A stretch of 35,778 bases of DNA from assembly GCA_026392555.1 (NCBI GenBank), contig JAPLBW010000028.1, positions 1 to 35,778 of the forward strand, read 5' to 3'. The notes below the pieces were generated by a model that worked only from the letters and a program-made list of their open reading frames with translations, made no database searches and had not been told where the DNA came from. Position 1 is the first letter of the stretch. Each line of letters opens with the position of its first letter. Shown here one piece after another: positions 24,617 through 33,252 of the stretch. The translations under genes were made by a program, and so were the position numbers. This DNA is from Actinomycetota bacterium (lineage in GTDB: Bacteria > Actinomycetota > Actinomycetes > UBA12327).

Positions 24617-26033
24617 TCCCACCTCGGTATAAGAAGCACCCGGGCTTGCCGGATACGGGGTTTAGGCAGGTCGTTGATTCGTAAACAAGGACTCGACCAG
24701 TGTTGCTAGCCGCGTACTGCCCGTTACCGATTGACCCGCCGAACGTAACAGCAGAACTGTATCCGCTTCCGACCTGCCATGCCGCATCGCGGAAGGCGTT
24801 AGCCGTGAGGTTCTTCGGGGCTTTGTCGATGACGGCCTTGAGGAACAAGTTGGCATCGCAGTACTGCAAGCCTTCCTTGTAATTGGGGCGCACACCGTCG
24901 GGCGGGGTAGCTCCGGCTGAATCGATGATTTGCTTGCAGAGCCCCTGATTGGGGGTGGCCGGGTCTGGGAACGGAATGGCTGGATCTAGGCGGATGTCAC
25001 CAGCAGGCAAGACGCCAAAGCCGATCATGCCCGCCAGTGCAGTGTCGACGATGGTCGCCGGGTTGTCTTGCAAGAACAGCGGACTGTCGTAGGAGGAAAT
25101 CGCAAACTTTGCCTTCGACGTAGTGGCTTCTTGGCTGGACAACATGATGGGCAAGATCCGCGCACCACCAACGACGATGATGCGGTCTAGGCCGGAGTTA
25201 GCTGCTCCAGTGAGCGCGGCGGATGAACCAGCGCCGAGGGTTCCGATATTGGCGGTATCAACAAAGAAGGTTTCAGACTTGGTGATGCCGTTGGCAGCGA
25301 AGAAGGGCTGCACGATCTCGGTGATGTCGCGCCGAGCAATTTCATTGTCCACCCCGACAACGGCAACGCCCGCTGTGCCGTTGAACCACCCCTGGTCCTT
25401 CAACGCAGCCAATTCGGTACGGAGGTACCCACCGTATTCCGGCCAGCTAGGCGACCATAGGTAGGGGGAAAACTTCTCGAATTCCTTTTGATCTTGGGCG
25501 AAAAGGGACTCATCCAACATGATCGTCTTGCGTGCGAAATAGCACGGGCGCGCGTTATTTTGGAACTGTCCTTCAAGGACAACAGCGAAAACCTGATCAT
25601 CCTGGGTGAAAGCGTTGCAAAACGATTCAGCGTATTCGGGGTTGTCAAGACCGCCGCCGTACTTCTTAATGATGGGGACGATCTTGCGTCCATTGAGGCC
25701 ACCGTTGGCATTGACTGCATTAACGGAGGCTTGAATTTGCTTGATTACTCCATCGGCGCCACCGTAGTTCGCGGTCTTGAAGCCTAAGGATTCTTGGAGG
25801 TTGCCCAAGTCAGGGACGATGTAGCCGATTTTGATCGAGTCCGCGGTTACACCAGGGGACTCATCATCTGCACCTGCGGCCGCGCCCGATCCCGAGCTTC
25901 CTGATCCGGAGGCAGTGTCAGCCTTCGAGCCACACCCAGCCGCGAGCGTGGCTAGGAGCGCGAGCGCGGCAAGCCAAGTGATCGTTCGAGTCCGATTGCT
26001 GCGAGAAGTCACGAATGAGGGTGCCGGAGACAT
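24594..26033 (-). CDS. ABC transporter substrate-binding lipoprotein (LivK-like), paralog 2
   Basis: I chose the start at the internal ATG 26033 (MSPAPSFV..LATLAAGCGS signal peptide and lipobox, AAGGA upstream). The 76-aa Arg-rich N-terminal extension in the ORF track is implausible. Confidence 0.8.
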   Translation of the reverse strand: MSPAPSFVTSRSNRTRTITWLAALALLATLAAGCGSKADTASGSGSSGSGAAAGADDESPGVTADSIKIGYIVPDLGNLQESLGFKTANYGGADGVIKQIQASVNAVNANGGLNGRKIVPIIKKYGGGLDNPEYAESFCNAFTQDDQVFAVVLEGQFQNNARPCYFARKTIMLDESLFAQDQKEFEKFSPYLWSPSWPEYGGYLRTELAALKDQGWFNGTAGVAVVGVDNEIARRDITEIVQPFFAANGITKSETFFVDTANIGTLGAGSSAALTGAANSGLDRIIVVGGARILPIMLSSQEATTSKAKFAISSYDSPLFLQDNPATIVDTALAGMIGFGVLPAGDIRLDPAIPFPDPATPNQGLCKQIIDSAGATPPDGVRPNYKEGLQYCDANLFLKAVIDKAPKNLTANAFRDAAWQVGSGYSSAVTFGGSIGNGQYAASNTGRVLVYESTTCLNPVSGKPGCFLYRGGNVPFATN

Positions 26034-26393
26034 AGGGGTGAGCGTCCTTTGTGGGGCAGTAGGGAAGTGGCCGAGCCTAGGAACGCGCCTCGTCCTTAAA
26101 ACGGCTGATCCAGGTGCTAGTTGATCTGGATTTATTACACTAAGTCCGGCAGGCGCCCGCGTCAACGAGGTTGGACGACACCGATTTCGCACAATCCTTG
26201 GCAAGTGGAAGGTAAACGGCAGATGGGTTGACGCTGAACGATGCCTGAATCTATTGTTCACACTCCGGAACGTTAGGCATTGCCGGATGCTTCAGATTGC
26301 AGTGTTTCTTCCCCTCATGTGGTGTGGCGGGCAAGAACGCGACAATTGCCTTACCCACCTCGTTCCTGACGAGCCGTCGAATGGATACATAGC

Positions 26394-27419
26394 GTGACGC
26401 GTGGTTCAGTCTTGCGATTGACGTCTTCAATTGCTGCAGTTGCGTTTGTCACAGCAGGCTTGCTGCCGATGGCGAACACCGCACAAGCCGCCGACAACGG
26501 GGCATGGTCTGCAGCTCCCACGAAGCAAGGCACATTCACCGCTCGCCAATACTTCTTTCTCGAACTCTCACCTGGTGCCACGGTCAAAGATTCCGTAACC
26601 GTAAAAAATGCTGGCCAGGTCGCGCAGGTACTCGATCTCTATCCAGCTGATGCGTTCAACGTTGAAAGTGGCGCCGGCTTTGCGCTACGCAAGCGAGGCG
26701 ATAAGAACACTGACGTCGGTTCCTGGATCACGTTGGATAAAACGCGCGTTGAAGTTCCCGCTGGTGGAAGCGTGAGTGTTCCGTTTACCCTCACGGTGCC
26801 TAAGGGTGTGACTCCCGGTGACCATGCCGGCGGTGTGGTCACGATTGAACCTGCTCCGGCCCCCAGCGGAGACAACAGTCAGATTCAAATCCAACGAGCG
26901 TTAGGTGTGCGCACCTATGTGCGTATTGCTGGTCCCTTGACGCCTGCTCTATCCATCACCAAGGTTGACCTGAAGGTGCGCCCTGCCCGCCTGCCTTTCA
27001 TTGGCCAGCAAGGTGGTGCCACGGTCACCTATTCGGTGCGTAATAGCGGCAACGTGCGACTCACTGCGGATCGCATCATCACGCTGGACGGCCTCTTCGG
27101 CCGGACATTGCGCAACACCGGGCGGGGTCCGATTCCGGAAATCTTGCCTGGATCGACGGTTGTATTGACGGAGAGTTTCACCAAGATGCCGGTGCTCAAT
27201 CAAGTGACAGCAAATGTGCGCTTGATCGCCTCGGAGGGCAAGGTGGATACGTCGGGATCGGCTACTGCGCTTGCTGTTTCATGGGTCTTCTTGTTTTTGT
27301 TGCTCTTAATCATCGTGGGCATTGTGGTGGCGGTCTTGTGGTCACGACGTGAATCAAACTTGGTGAGCCAGATGGCCGCTGATGCGGGTCCTTTGTCACC
27401 AACAGGAGACTTACTGTGA
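26394..27419 (+). CDS. DUF916-like cell-surface protein (partner type found in WxL loci), signal peptide + C-terminal TM anchor
   Basis: 341 aa. The signal peptide ends in ..ANTAQAAD. YFFLELSPGATVKDSVTVKNAG and SWITLDKTRVEVPAGGSVSVPFTLTVPKGVTPGDHAGGVV match the DUF916 pattern. The C-terminal hydrophobic helix is WVFLFLLLLIIVGIVVAVLW. Confidence 0.65.
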   Translation: MTRGSVLRLTSSIAAVAFVTAGLLPMANTAQAADNGAWSAAPTKQGTFTARQYFFLELSPGATVKDSVTVKNAGQVAQVLDLYPADAFNVESGAGFALRKRGDKNTDVGSWITLDKTRVEVPAGGSVSVPFTLTVPKGVTPGDHAGGVVTIEPAPAPSGDNSQIQIQRALGVRTYVRIAGPLTPALSITKVDLKVRPARLPFIGQQGGATVTYSVRNSGNVRLTADRIITLDGLFGRTLRNTGRGPIPEILPGSTVVLTESFTKMPVLNQVTANVRLIASEGKVDTSGSATALAVSWVFLFLLLLIIVGIVVAVLWSRRESNLVSQMAADAGPLSPTGDLL

Positions 27420-28714
27420 GAGGTCGCACCAAAGCAGTAGCAGGATCGCTGGCCGTCGGGCTCGTTGCCTTGATGCTGGCTGGGCTGTCCACGGTGGCCC
27501 AGGCCGCTGATCCGATTCCCGGCTCCGGCACCACGGTGGGAACAGTTGTTGATCCAGCGAATCCGTTCGCTGCGCCAGCAGCTCCGACCGGTCGCACAGC
27601 CAACGCCGCCCCACCTATCGCCAAGGTCGGCGATTCGGTCATTGTGACGGGCTCGGGTTGGCCCGCAGGCTCGTTGATCACGGTCGCGGTGTGCGGCAAT
27701 AACTATCTGAATGGTTCGGCTGATTGCGAACCCACTGGTCAAGGCCAGACCACGGCAAATGCAAATGGTGAGATTGCCGTGCAGGTTGCGTTACCAGCCT
27801 TGCCTCCGTCGCCGTGTCCTTGCGTTGTTCACCTTGCGTCGCTTGCGGATACGAACACCGTGGACGTTCCGTTCACCATCACTGGTGCACCAACAGCAAC
27901 CCCGTCGCAGATTGTTAACCGCCGTTCGGTCGATGTATCGGCACGCCTTACTGGCAGTGGCCCATTCGCCGCTTACCTCGGCGGAGCAGCAAAGCGTGAA
28001 CTTGTTATTTCTGTAACAAATACTGGCTCGTCGAACTTGATTAATCCTGCGCTGAACCTGACAGTGGGCCGAGGTGAGAATCCCGCTACCCCGCTCACCA
28101 GCCCCAGCGGTCAACAGCCGACGTTAGGAACAATCACGCCTGGCCAGACGGTGGAGTATCGCCAAAGCGTCACGCTCGGCCCGCCGGCGTTTGGCCAGTA
28201 CCGAGTGAAGGGCGAGTTCATCGGTTTGGATTTGATCACTGTTGATCAGCAAAACGTGAACGCGGGAGTTCTCAGTTTTTCTGTCGCGACGTCTAGTTAC
28301 CCGTGGCTCTTGATTTTGATTGCGTGGCTATTGCTCCAGATTCCGCTCTTGGGTCTGTACAAGCGCCGCCCAGCGGAGAAGCCATTGAGTGAAGACCCAC
28401 TCATTGAGCAACTTCCGGTTGCCTCGGGCGCTCCAGGCTTTGGTGTGAGTGCGTTTGATCCCACGCCTGCCATGGCTGGTGCCCCTGTTGCATTGGCCGC
28501 TGCAGTGGCTCGACCCGTGGTTGACACTCCGGCTCCGCCGCCGCCACCTGGTTACCGAGCCATTCAGCCAGCTTCTGCCACACCCCCTCCAGCGCCGTTG
28601 CCTTCAATGCCAGCGGCACCTGGCGTAGCACCAAGTGCTGTTCCCGCACCTTCCATACCGGCTCCTGCGGGCGTGGAAGCACTGCGGGCGTTGCTGCAAC
28701 CACCCACGCAGTAG
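27416..28714 (+). CDS. secreted/membrane-anchored surface protein with an Ig-like N-domain, one TM helix and a Pro/Ala-rich tail
   Basis: 432 aa. Its GTG start overlaps the upstream TGA. It has a signal peptide (..VAQAADP), the TM helix YPWLLILIAWLLLQIPLLGLY, and then a low-complexity tail (TPAPPPPPGY..PPPAPLPSMPAAPGVAP). Confidence 0.6.
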   Translation: MRGRTKAVAGSLAVGLVALMLAGLSTVAQAADPIPGSGTTVGTVVDPANPFAAPAAPTGRTANAAPPIAKVGDSVIVTGSGWPAGSLITVAVCGNNYLNGSADCEPTGQGQTTANANGEIAVQVALPALPPSPCPCVVHLASLADTNTVDVPFTITGAPTATPSQIVNRRSVDVSARLTGSGPFAAYLGGAAKRELVISVTNTGSSNLINPALNLTVGRGENPATPLTSPSGQQPTLGTITPGQTVEYRQSVTLGPPAFGQYRVKGEFIGLDLITVDQQNVNAGVLSFSVATSSYPWLLILIAWLLLQIPLLGLYKRRPAEKPLSEDPLIEQLPVASGAPGFGVSAFDPTPAMAGAPVALAAAVARPVVDTPAPPPPPGYRAIQPASATPPPAPLPSMPAAPGVAPSAVPAPSIPAPAGVEALRALLQPPTQ

Positions 28715-28718
28715 CGAG

Positions 28719-29417
28719 CTAGACGCTCTGCAGCAGCAATTCAGCAACTTTCGTTGCGTTGGTTAGCGGACTGTCATGCGGTCCAACCATTACCTCGTAA
28801 GGGTGACCACTTTCGTCCAGTCGAATCCGCGTGAGTTGACAAGGAAATGTTGCGGGAGTGTCAGAGAAAAATACGTAGCGGGTGGGCACGTCACTGGCGG
28901 CGGGATTTTCCAACGCGACGGGTTCGAGTGACGGACCAAGTGGAGTGGGGACAAGGCGGGCGTTCACAAAGTCGACGAGGGATGCATCGAGGAAACCTTG
29001 TTCGGTGCCCACGGGTCGAGCTGGGATGCTCATCGCTGGGTCCAGATTGTCCGGTGGCGCCGGTGAACCAGGAGGATTGAGGTCCACACCTCGCTCCCCG
29101 TTGCGCGGCACAGCCGCATCAAGGTAAACAACGCGTGCAATGTTGTTAGCACGTACTTCGAGCACGCATCGGCACACCAAGCCGGCCTGACTGTGGGCAA
29201 CCAAGACCACTGCTTCGTCCTGTGAGTCAATGGCGGAGACCACGTCAGCAACCCACTCGCCGAGCCCAATTGCGGAACCGACGCGGTCTGAGTGGGGTTC
29301 GCATCCGGTCAATGTCGGGGCAATGACGGTGTGGCCGGCCGATGTCAGGAAAGGCACCAACTGATCCCACGCCCATCCACCACGAAAAGCGCCATGGACT
29401 AAGACGAAAGTCGCCAT
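28719..29417 (-). CDS. alpha/beta hydrolase (AB_hydrolase_6; plant methylesterase/SABP2-like fold)
   Basis: 232 aa. The N-terminus FVLVHGAFRGGWAWDQLVPFLTSAGHTVIAPTLTG is the classic MES/HNL-type start. The nucleophile elbow is LVAHSQAG. Confidence 0.7.
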   Translation of the reverse strand: MATFVLVHGAFRGGWAWDQLVPFLTSAGHTVIAPTLTGCEPHSDRVGSAIGLGEWVADVVSAIDSQDEAVVLVAHSQAGLVCRCVLEVRANNIARVVYLDAAVPRNGERGVDLNPPGSPAPPDNLDPAMSIPARPVGTEQGFLDASLVDFVNARLVPTPLGPSLEPVALENPAASDVPTRYVFFSDTPATFPCQLTRIRLDESGHPYEVMVGPHDSPLTNATKVAELLLQSV

Positions 29418-29756
29418 TTAGGTCAGCGCATCCACAACGTCGTTGCTGGGCCCAGTGTCAAGTACCACGTCAACGAATTCCCGAGGGTAGGACTCGTAGG
29501 GCTTCATGTGTTCGTACATCTTTTCGGTGTAAGCCACGTACCCTTCGCGCTGGGTGCATTCAAGGTAAGAGTCAACCTTGTCGAAAAAGCGCATGTTCAT
29601 AAAGTGGGTGCGATCTTCTTGGCCGCGTACGAGCACTCGACGAATAAAGCCAGGGTGGTCGTCAAAGAATTGCGCGAAGCCTTCAGAGAAAGTGATGTAC
29701 GCGTCCGCGTGTTCCTCGGCGTCGATAGTCCACGCGTGCGAGATGACAATAACCAT
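29418..29756 (-). CDS. ABM (antibiotic biosynthesis monooxygenase)-like ferredoxin-fold protein
   Basis: 112 aa. Its stop directly abuts the next start (TAAATG). The size and pattern (VIVISHAW.., FMNMRFFD.., Y..Y) fit the ABM/Dabb-like fold only loosely. Confidence 0.4.
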   Translation of the reverse strand: MVIVISHAWTIDAEEHADAYITFSEGFAQFFDDHPGFIRRVLVRGQEDRTHFMNMRFFDKVDSYLECTQREGYVAYTEKMYEHMKPYESYPREFVDVVLDTGPSNDVVDALT

Positions 29757-29793
29757 GCGATGGATAGTACGCGAGTAAATCGTTGGCGGGAGG

Positions 29794-31092
29794 TTATGCC
29801 AACGTGATGGTCATGATGGCGGTGTAGCGGTCGGCCGACTGGAAGGCCGGAACGGTCAAAGTCAGGGCCGAGGTGACGTTGTACACCCCGCCAGTCGTTC
29901 CGGTGGTGAGGTTTTCATCGGTGTTCTTCGTGCACAGACTTACCGTGCCCGAGAAGCTCTGGGCGCTGCTTCCGGCCGATTGACCAGGGGCGATCAAGCT
30001 GGAATCAAAACCGGAAATCACGGTCTTGCTCGGCGCGGAGTAATCCCAGGCGGTGCCGCTGCTGGCCGCGACACAACCAGGCGTTGCGGCCAAGGTGGAT
30101 TTAGCCATGGACTTCCCGGTTGCGCTCGTGAAGTTAGTCAAGCTAGCCGTGAGTGACCAGCCGTAGCTTCCACCACGTGTGTCAGAAATGGTGATGTCGT
30201 TGAGTGTCCCGCTGATTGGCGCGGGAGCGAGCGGCGAGGTGATGGTTCCCAGATTGACGGTGGTCGCATTGTTATTTGCGTTTGATGTCCCCAGCACCGG
30301 TGTGGTGGTTCCCGATCCATCCGCTGACCCACTGGTTGACGTGGTGTTGGTGTAGGTGCGCTGAGTGAGTTGACCCTGGAGCACGCTCAATCGAACGATT
30401 TGATCGGTAGTGCACCCGGCCCCACCGGTGGTGTCACCCGTCTGTGCGATGCAGTTGCTGCTGGGGGACGCGGGCACGACACCGGCAATCGTGGTGCGTG
30501 CTCCGTAAGCGGTCGATGTTTGTGGGGTGCAGGCGACTTGCGCTCCCACCAAGTTGGCGTCATCTGCGGCCACAAAGGTGTACTTAAACAACGCGGGTAC
30601 AAATTCGAGCTTGTCACCAGCAACAAATGTGGTGGGCGCTCCAGTTCCCGTTGCCGTCGGCACGTTGATGGTTACCGGCATGGGTGCGCTGACCGAGCCG
30701 CCGATGGAGATCGTTGTGGAGGAACCAGTGGCTCCGGTGCCGGTCGCGTTGAAGAGGGCTGAGCCACTTTGTTTGCGAATGTCAATGGTGGGTTCGGCAC
30801 GAACTTGTGCACCGGTGATCGCAAACGGCAAACTGGCATTCACGCTGGGGAAGTCGTAGGTCACCGAGATCGTCGAACCTGCATCGGATACTGCCGGCGC
30901 GGTCATGGTGACTGAATAATTGGTAATGCCCAGGTCGTAAGAAGCAGCCAGTGATGGTGCGTTAAAAGCGCAGACGAACGGCACGGAAATGGTGGCAGCC
31001 TGGGCCTGCTGTGCAGAACTAATGCTGAGACCAGTGGTTGCAAGGAGCCCCACCATGACAACGGCGATTCGGCGAGATACGCAGCGCTTCAT
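29794..31092 (-). CDS. WxL-domain cell-surface protein
   Basis: 432 aa with a signal peptide (..SSAQQAQAAT). The C-terminal roughly 190 aa fit the WxL domain pattern: LSVLQGQLTQ, VNLGTITSP, LNDITISDTRGGSYGWSLTASLTNF, and the ending YTAIMTITLA. Confidence 0.65.
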   Translation of the reverse strand: MKRCVSRRIAVVMVGLLATTGLSISSAQQAQAATISVPFVCAFNAPSLAASYDLGITNYSVTMTAPAVSDAGSTISVTYDFPSVNASLPFAITGAQVRAEPTIDIRKQSGSALFNATGTGATGSSTTISIGGSVSAPMPVTINVPTATGTGAPTTFVAGDKLEFVPALFKYTFVAADDANLVGAQVACTPQTSTAYGARTTIAGVVPASPSSNCIAQTGDTTGGAGCTTDQIVRLSVLQGQLTQRTYTNTTSTSGSADGSGTTTPVLGTSNANNNATTVNLGTITSPLAPAPISGTLNDITISDTRGGSYGWSLTASLTNFTSATGKSMAKSTLAATPGCVAASSGTAWDYSAPSKTVISGFDSSLIAPGQSAGSSAQSFSGTVSLCTKNTDENLTTGTTGGVYNVTSALTLTVPAFQSADRYTAIMTITLA

Positions 31093-31910
31093 CAGCTCGG
31101 GCTCACCTCCCCTAGGAGCACTCGCCTGAGAAATTCAGGGGCCACCAGGGTGCAGTAGTGCGCGCCCTCAAAGTAGGGGGCGAGCGATGAATTGCTAGTG
31201 GCAACCAGCGCACGGGAGCCGATTTCCGCAATCGCGCCATTGGTGGTGATAGCAGCCACTGGGGGAGTCCACGACGGGCCTACACCTACGACGGTGTCGG
31301 CGACGGTCACCAAGGTGTTGGCACTGGCGCTGGGCAGATTGGATGCGGTGGGGTTATAAGGAGCGGCGTTCTTTTCCGTGTTGGTGAGCGATCCCCACAC
31401 GCTGTTAATGGTGTTTTGGTTGATCGTTTGGCAGGTGCCGTCGGTGGCGGGAGAAGTGCTGAGTCCGTCGCCGGCGCTACCAAATCCCCATGCTGGTTCA
31501 ACAACGAACCGACCGTTACCGAAGGTGGTTCCGGCGGGCCAATTGCCCTTGTTCAAGCTCTCTCCGGTGCGCATCTTGCAGCGGATCAACTTGGGCTTGG
31601 TTAGATCATTGTTTTCGTATTGCACGTACTGGGTCGTGGAAATCTTTTTTGCTGACGTAACGACAGCAGATTTGGAGAAAACAAAGTCAGATTCGTCCTT
31701 GTACACCGTTCCGGTGATGGTGAAGTTACCACCGTTTTCCACCAATTTCGATGTATCGATATTGGCGATGCCGATCTGCCCCTCGGCACAAAATCGGAAG
31801 AAGCCCGTTGACGTGATAATCGTTCCTGGGATGGGAGCCGCACCAGAGAGCGCAGGCACGGCGAGGATCGCGATGATGCCCAAGAGCACGATCGTGAGGC
31901 GGCGGCGCAC
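31092..31910 (-). CDS. secreted hypothetical protein, first gene of the minus-strand WxL operon
   Basis: 272 aa with a signal peptide (LLGIIAILAVPALSGAAP). Its stop overlaps the next start by 1 nt (TGATG). Confidence 0.55.
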   Translation of the reverse strand: MRRRLTIVLLGIIAILAVPALSGAAPIPGTIITSTGFFRFCAEGQIGIANIDTSKLVENGGNFTITGTVYKDESDFVFSKSAVVTSAKKISTTQYVQYENNDLTKPKLIRCKMRTGESLNKGNWPAGTTFGNGRFVVEPAWGFGSAGDGLSTSPATDGTCQTINQNTINSVWGSLTNTEKNAAPYNPTASNLPSASANTLVTVADTVVGVGPSWTPPVAAITTNGAIAEIGSRALVATSNSSLAPYFEGAHYCTLVAPEFLRRVLLGEVSPS

Positions 31911-32001
31911 GCGGTTCCCCTATCAAGAGATCTGTTAACCAGTAACCTTTCCAAACGGAAACAGGCACGACAAGCGGTTTGGATTACATTCCGGCAACGG
32001 A

Positions 32002-33060
32002 TTGGCCAGCCCAGATCACGCCTGTGGTCTGTGGGTGCGAGAAGATGTGGAGGTGACCGCTCCCCACGCCCAGATCCAACTAGCTGACCAAGCCGGGATC
32101 GATGCTGCGGTAGCGGTGCTTCAACGCGGCGGGCTGGTCGTTCTACCCACAGAGACGGTGTACGGCCTGGGCGCAGATGCCACGTCGGAACTTGCGGTTG
32201 CCCGGATTTTCCAAGTCAAGGGTCGCCCTGCTGATCACCCGGTGATCGTTCATGTGCTCGGTGTGGATGATCTTGATGTGTGGGCTGTCGATGTGCCGTC
32301 GTATGCGCGTGAGTTGGCCCAAAGATTTTGGCCTGGTCCCCTGACCTTGGTGTTGTCCCGTCGCCCAGGTATTGGCGAAATCGCAGCCGGTGGGGCACCC
32401 ACGATTGCCCTGCGTAGTCCGTCGCATCCGGTCGCGCGTGCTGTCATCGAACAGTTGGGCTCGGGAGTTGCAGCGCCTTCGGCGAACCGATTCGGTCGCG
32501 TGAGCCCCACAACTGCGCACCATGTTGTAGAGGAATTGGGCGATGTGTTGACGGCCTCTGACTTAATCCTTGATGGTGGCGAGTGCGCGATCGGCGTGGA
32601 ATCCACCATCATTGACTGCACCGGAGCAGAGCCGATTGTTTTGCGCCCCGGTGGAGTGACCAATGCTGATATTGCGCAGGTGGTCCAGCTTTCGAATCAA
32701 ACGGTGAGTGACTTGGAGCGAGATATTCGCGCGCCGGGGACCTTGGCCGCTCACTACGCGCCGACCGCGCGAGTGTTGTTGGCTGAAGAAGCGGAAGCCG
32801 ATGCAGTGATTAACGCGGCCCCAGCCGGTGAAGTGGGCCTGCTCTCCATGGTGACCTTTGAGCCCTCCACGGACCGTGCAATCCACCGCCTCGTGGCGCC
32901 CGGCACTGTTGACGAGTACGCACAAGATCTCTATGCGGCCCTTCGCAGGGCAGACCAACTCGGATTAGTCGCGGTAGTCGCGGTTTTGCCACCGGCCGAA
33001 GGAATTGGTGTGGCAGTGCGCGATCGATTGCAGCGAGCAGCGACCGGATCTGCCCTGTAA
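32002..33060 (+). CDS. tsaC: L-threonylcarbamoyladenylate synthase (Sua5/TsaC, YrdC domain + Sua5 C-domain)
   Basis: LPTETVYGLGADA, KGRPADHPV, WPGPLTLVL, APSANRFG and a C-terminal Sua5 domain are present. The start is uncertain: TTG at 32002, or GTG at 32047 or 32053. Confidence 0.85.
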   Translation: MASPDHACGLWVREDVEVTAPHAQIQLADQAGIDAAVAVLQRGGLVVLPTETVYGLGADATSELAVARIFQVKGRPADHPVIVHVLGVDDLDVWAVDVPSYARELAQRFWPGPLTLVLSRRPGIGEIAAGGAPTIALRSPSHPVARAVIEQLGSGVAAPSANRFGRVSPTTAHHVVEELGDVLTASDLILDGGECAIGVESTIIDCTGAEPIVLRPGGVTNADIAQVVQLSNQTVSDLERDIRAPGTLAAHYAPTARVLLAEEAEADAVINAAPAGEVGLLSMVTFEPSTDRAIHRLVAPGTVDEYAQDLYAALRRADQLGLVAVVAVLPPAEGIGVAVRDRLQRAATGSAL

Positions 33061-33077
33061 CTGGAGGCAGGCTCCAG
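33061..33077. terminator. small hairpin between tsaC and tRNA-Lys
   Basis: CTGGAG-gcagg-CTCCAG lies immediately after the TAA at 33058-33060. There is no T-run. Confidence 0.3.
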
Positions 33078-33088
33078 CCAACATCACG

Positions 33089-33164
33089 TGGTGGGCCGCC
33101 CGGGGCTTGAACCCGGAACCCACGGATTAAAAGTCCGTTGCTCTACCAATTGAGCTAACAGCCC
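33089..33164 (-). tRNA. tRNA-Lys (anticodon UUU), CCA encoded
   Basis: The reverse complement GGGCTGTTAGCTCAATTGGTAGAGCAACGGACTTTTAATCCGTGGGTTCCGGGTTCAAGCCCCGGGCGGCCCACCA folds as a cloverleaf. The anticodon loop is CTTTTAA, and the acceptor pairs GGGCTGT/GCGGCCC with two G-U pairs. Confidence 0.9.
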
Positions 33165-33252
33165 GCCTCCGAAATCGGAGTGCCCTAAGCCTAGGGGGCT
33201 GGTTTATGACCTTGGTGATCAGCGTCCCAGAGCAATCCGCCAAGATGTCGTT

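Noticed and set aside
26034-26261. 76-aa N-terminal extension of the second binding protein (track start at 26261).
   Set aside because: The extension is Arg/His-rich and precedes a canonical signal peptide and lipobox that begin at the internal ATG 26033, which has a Shine-Dalgarno sequence. The shorter start also matches the paralog.
28380-28714. Pro/Ala-rich repetitive DNA considered as a tandem repeat or mobile-element remnant.
   Set aside because: It is in frame as the low-complexity cytoplasmic tail of the surface protein 27416..28714. No exact nucleotide repeat unit is discernible.
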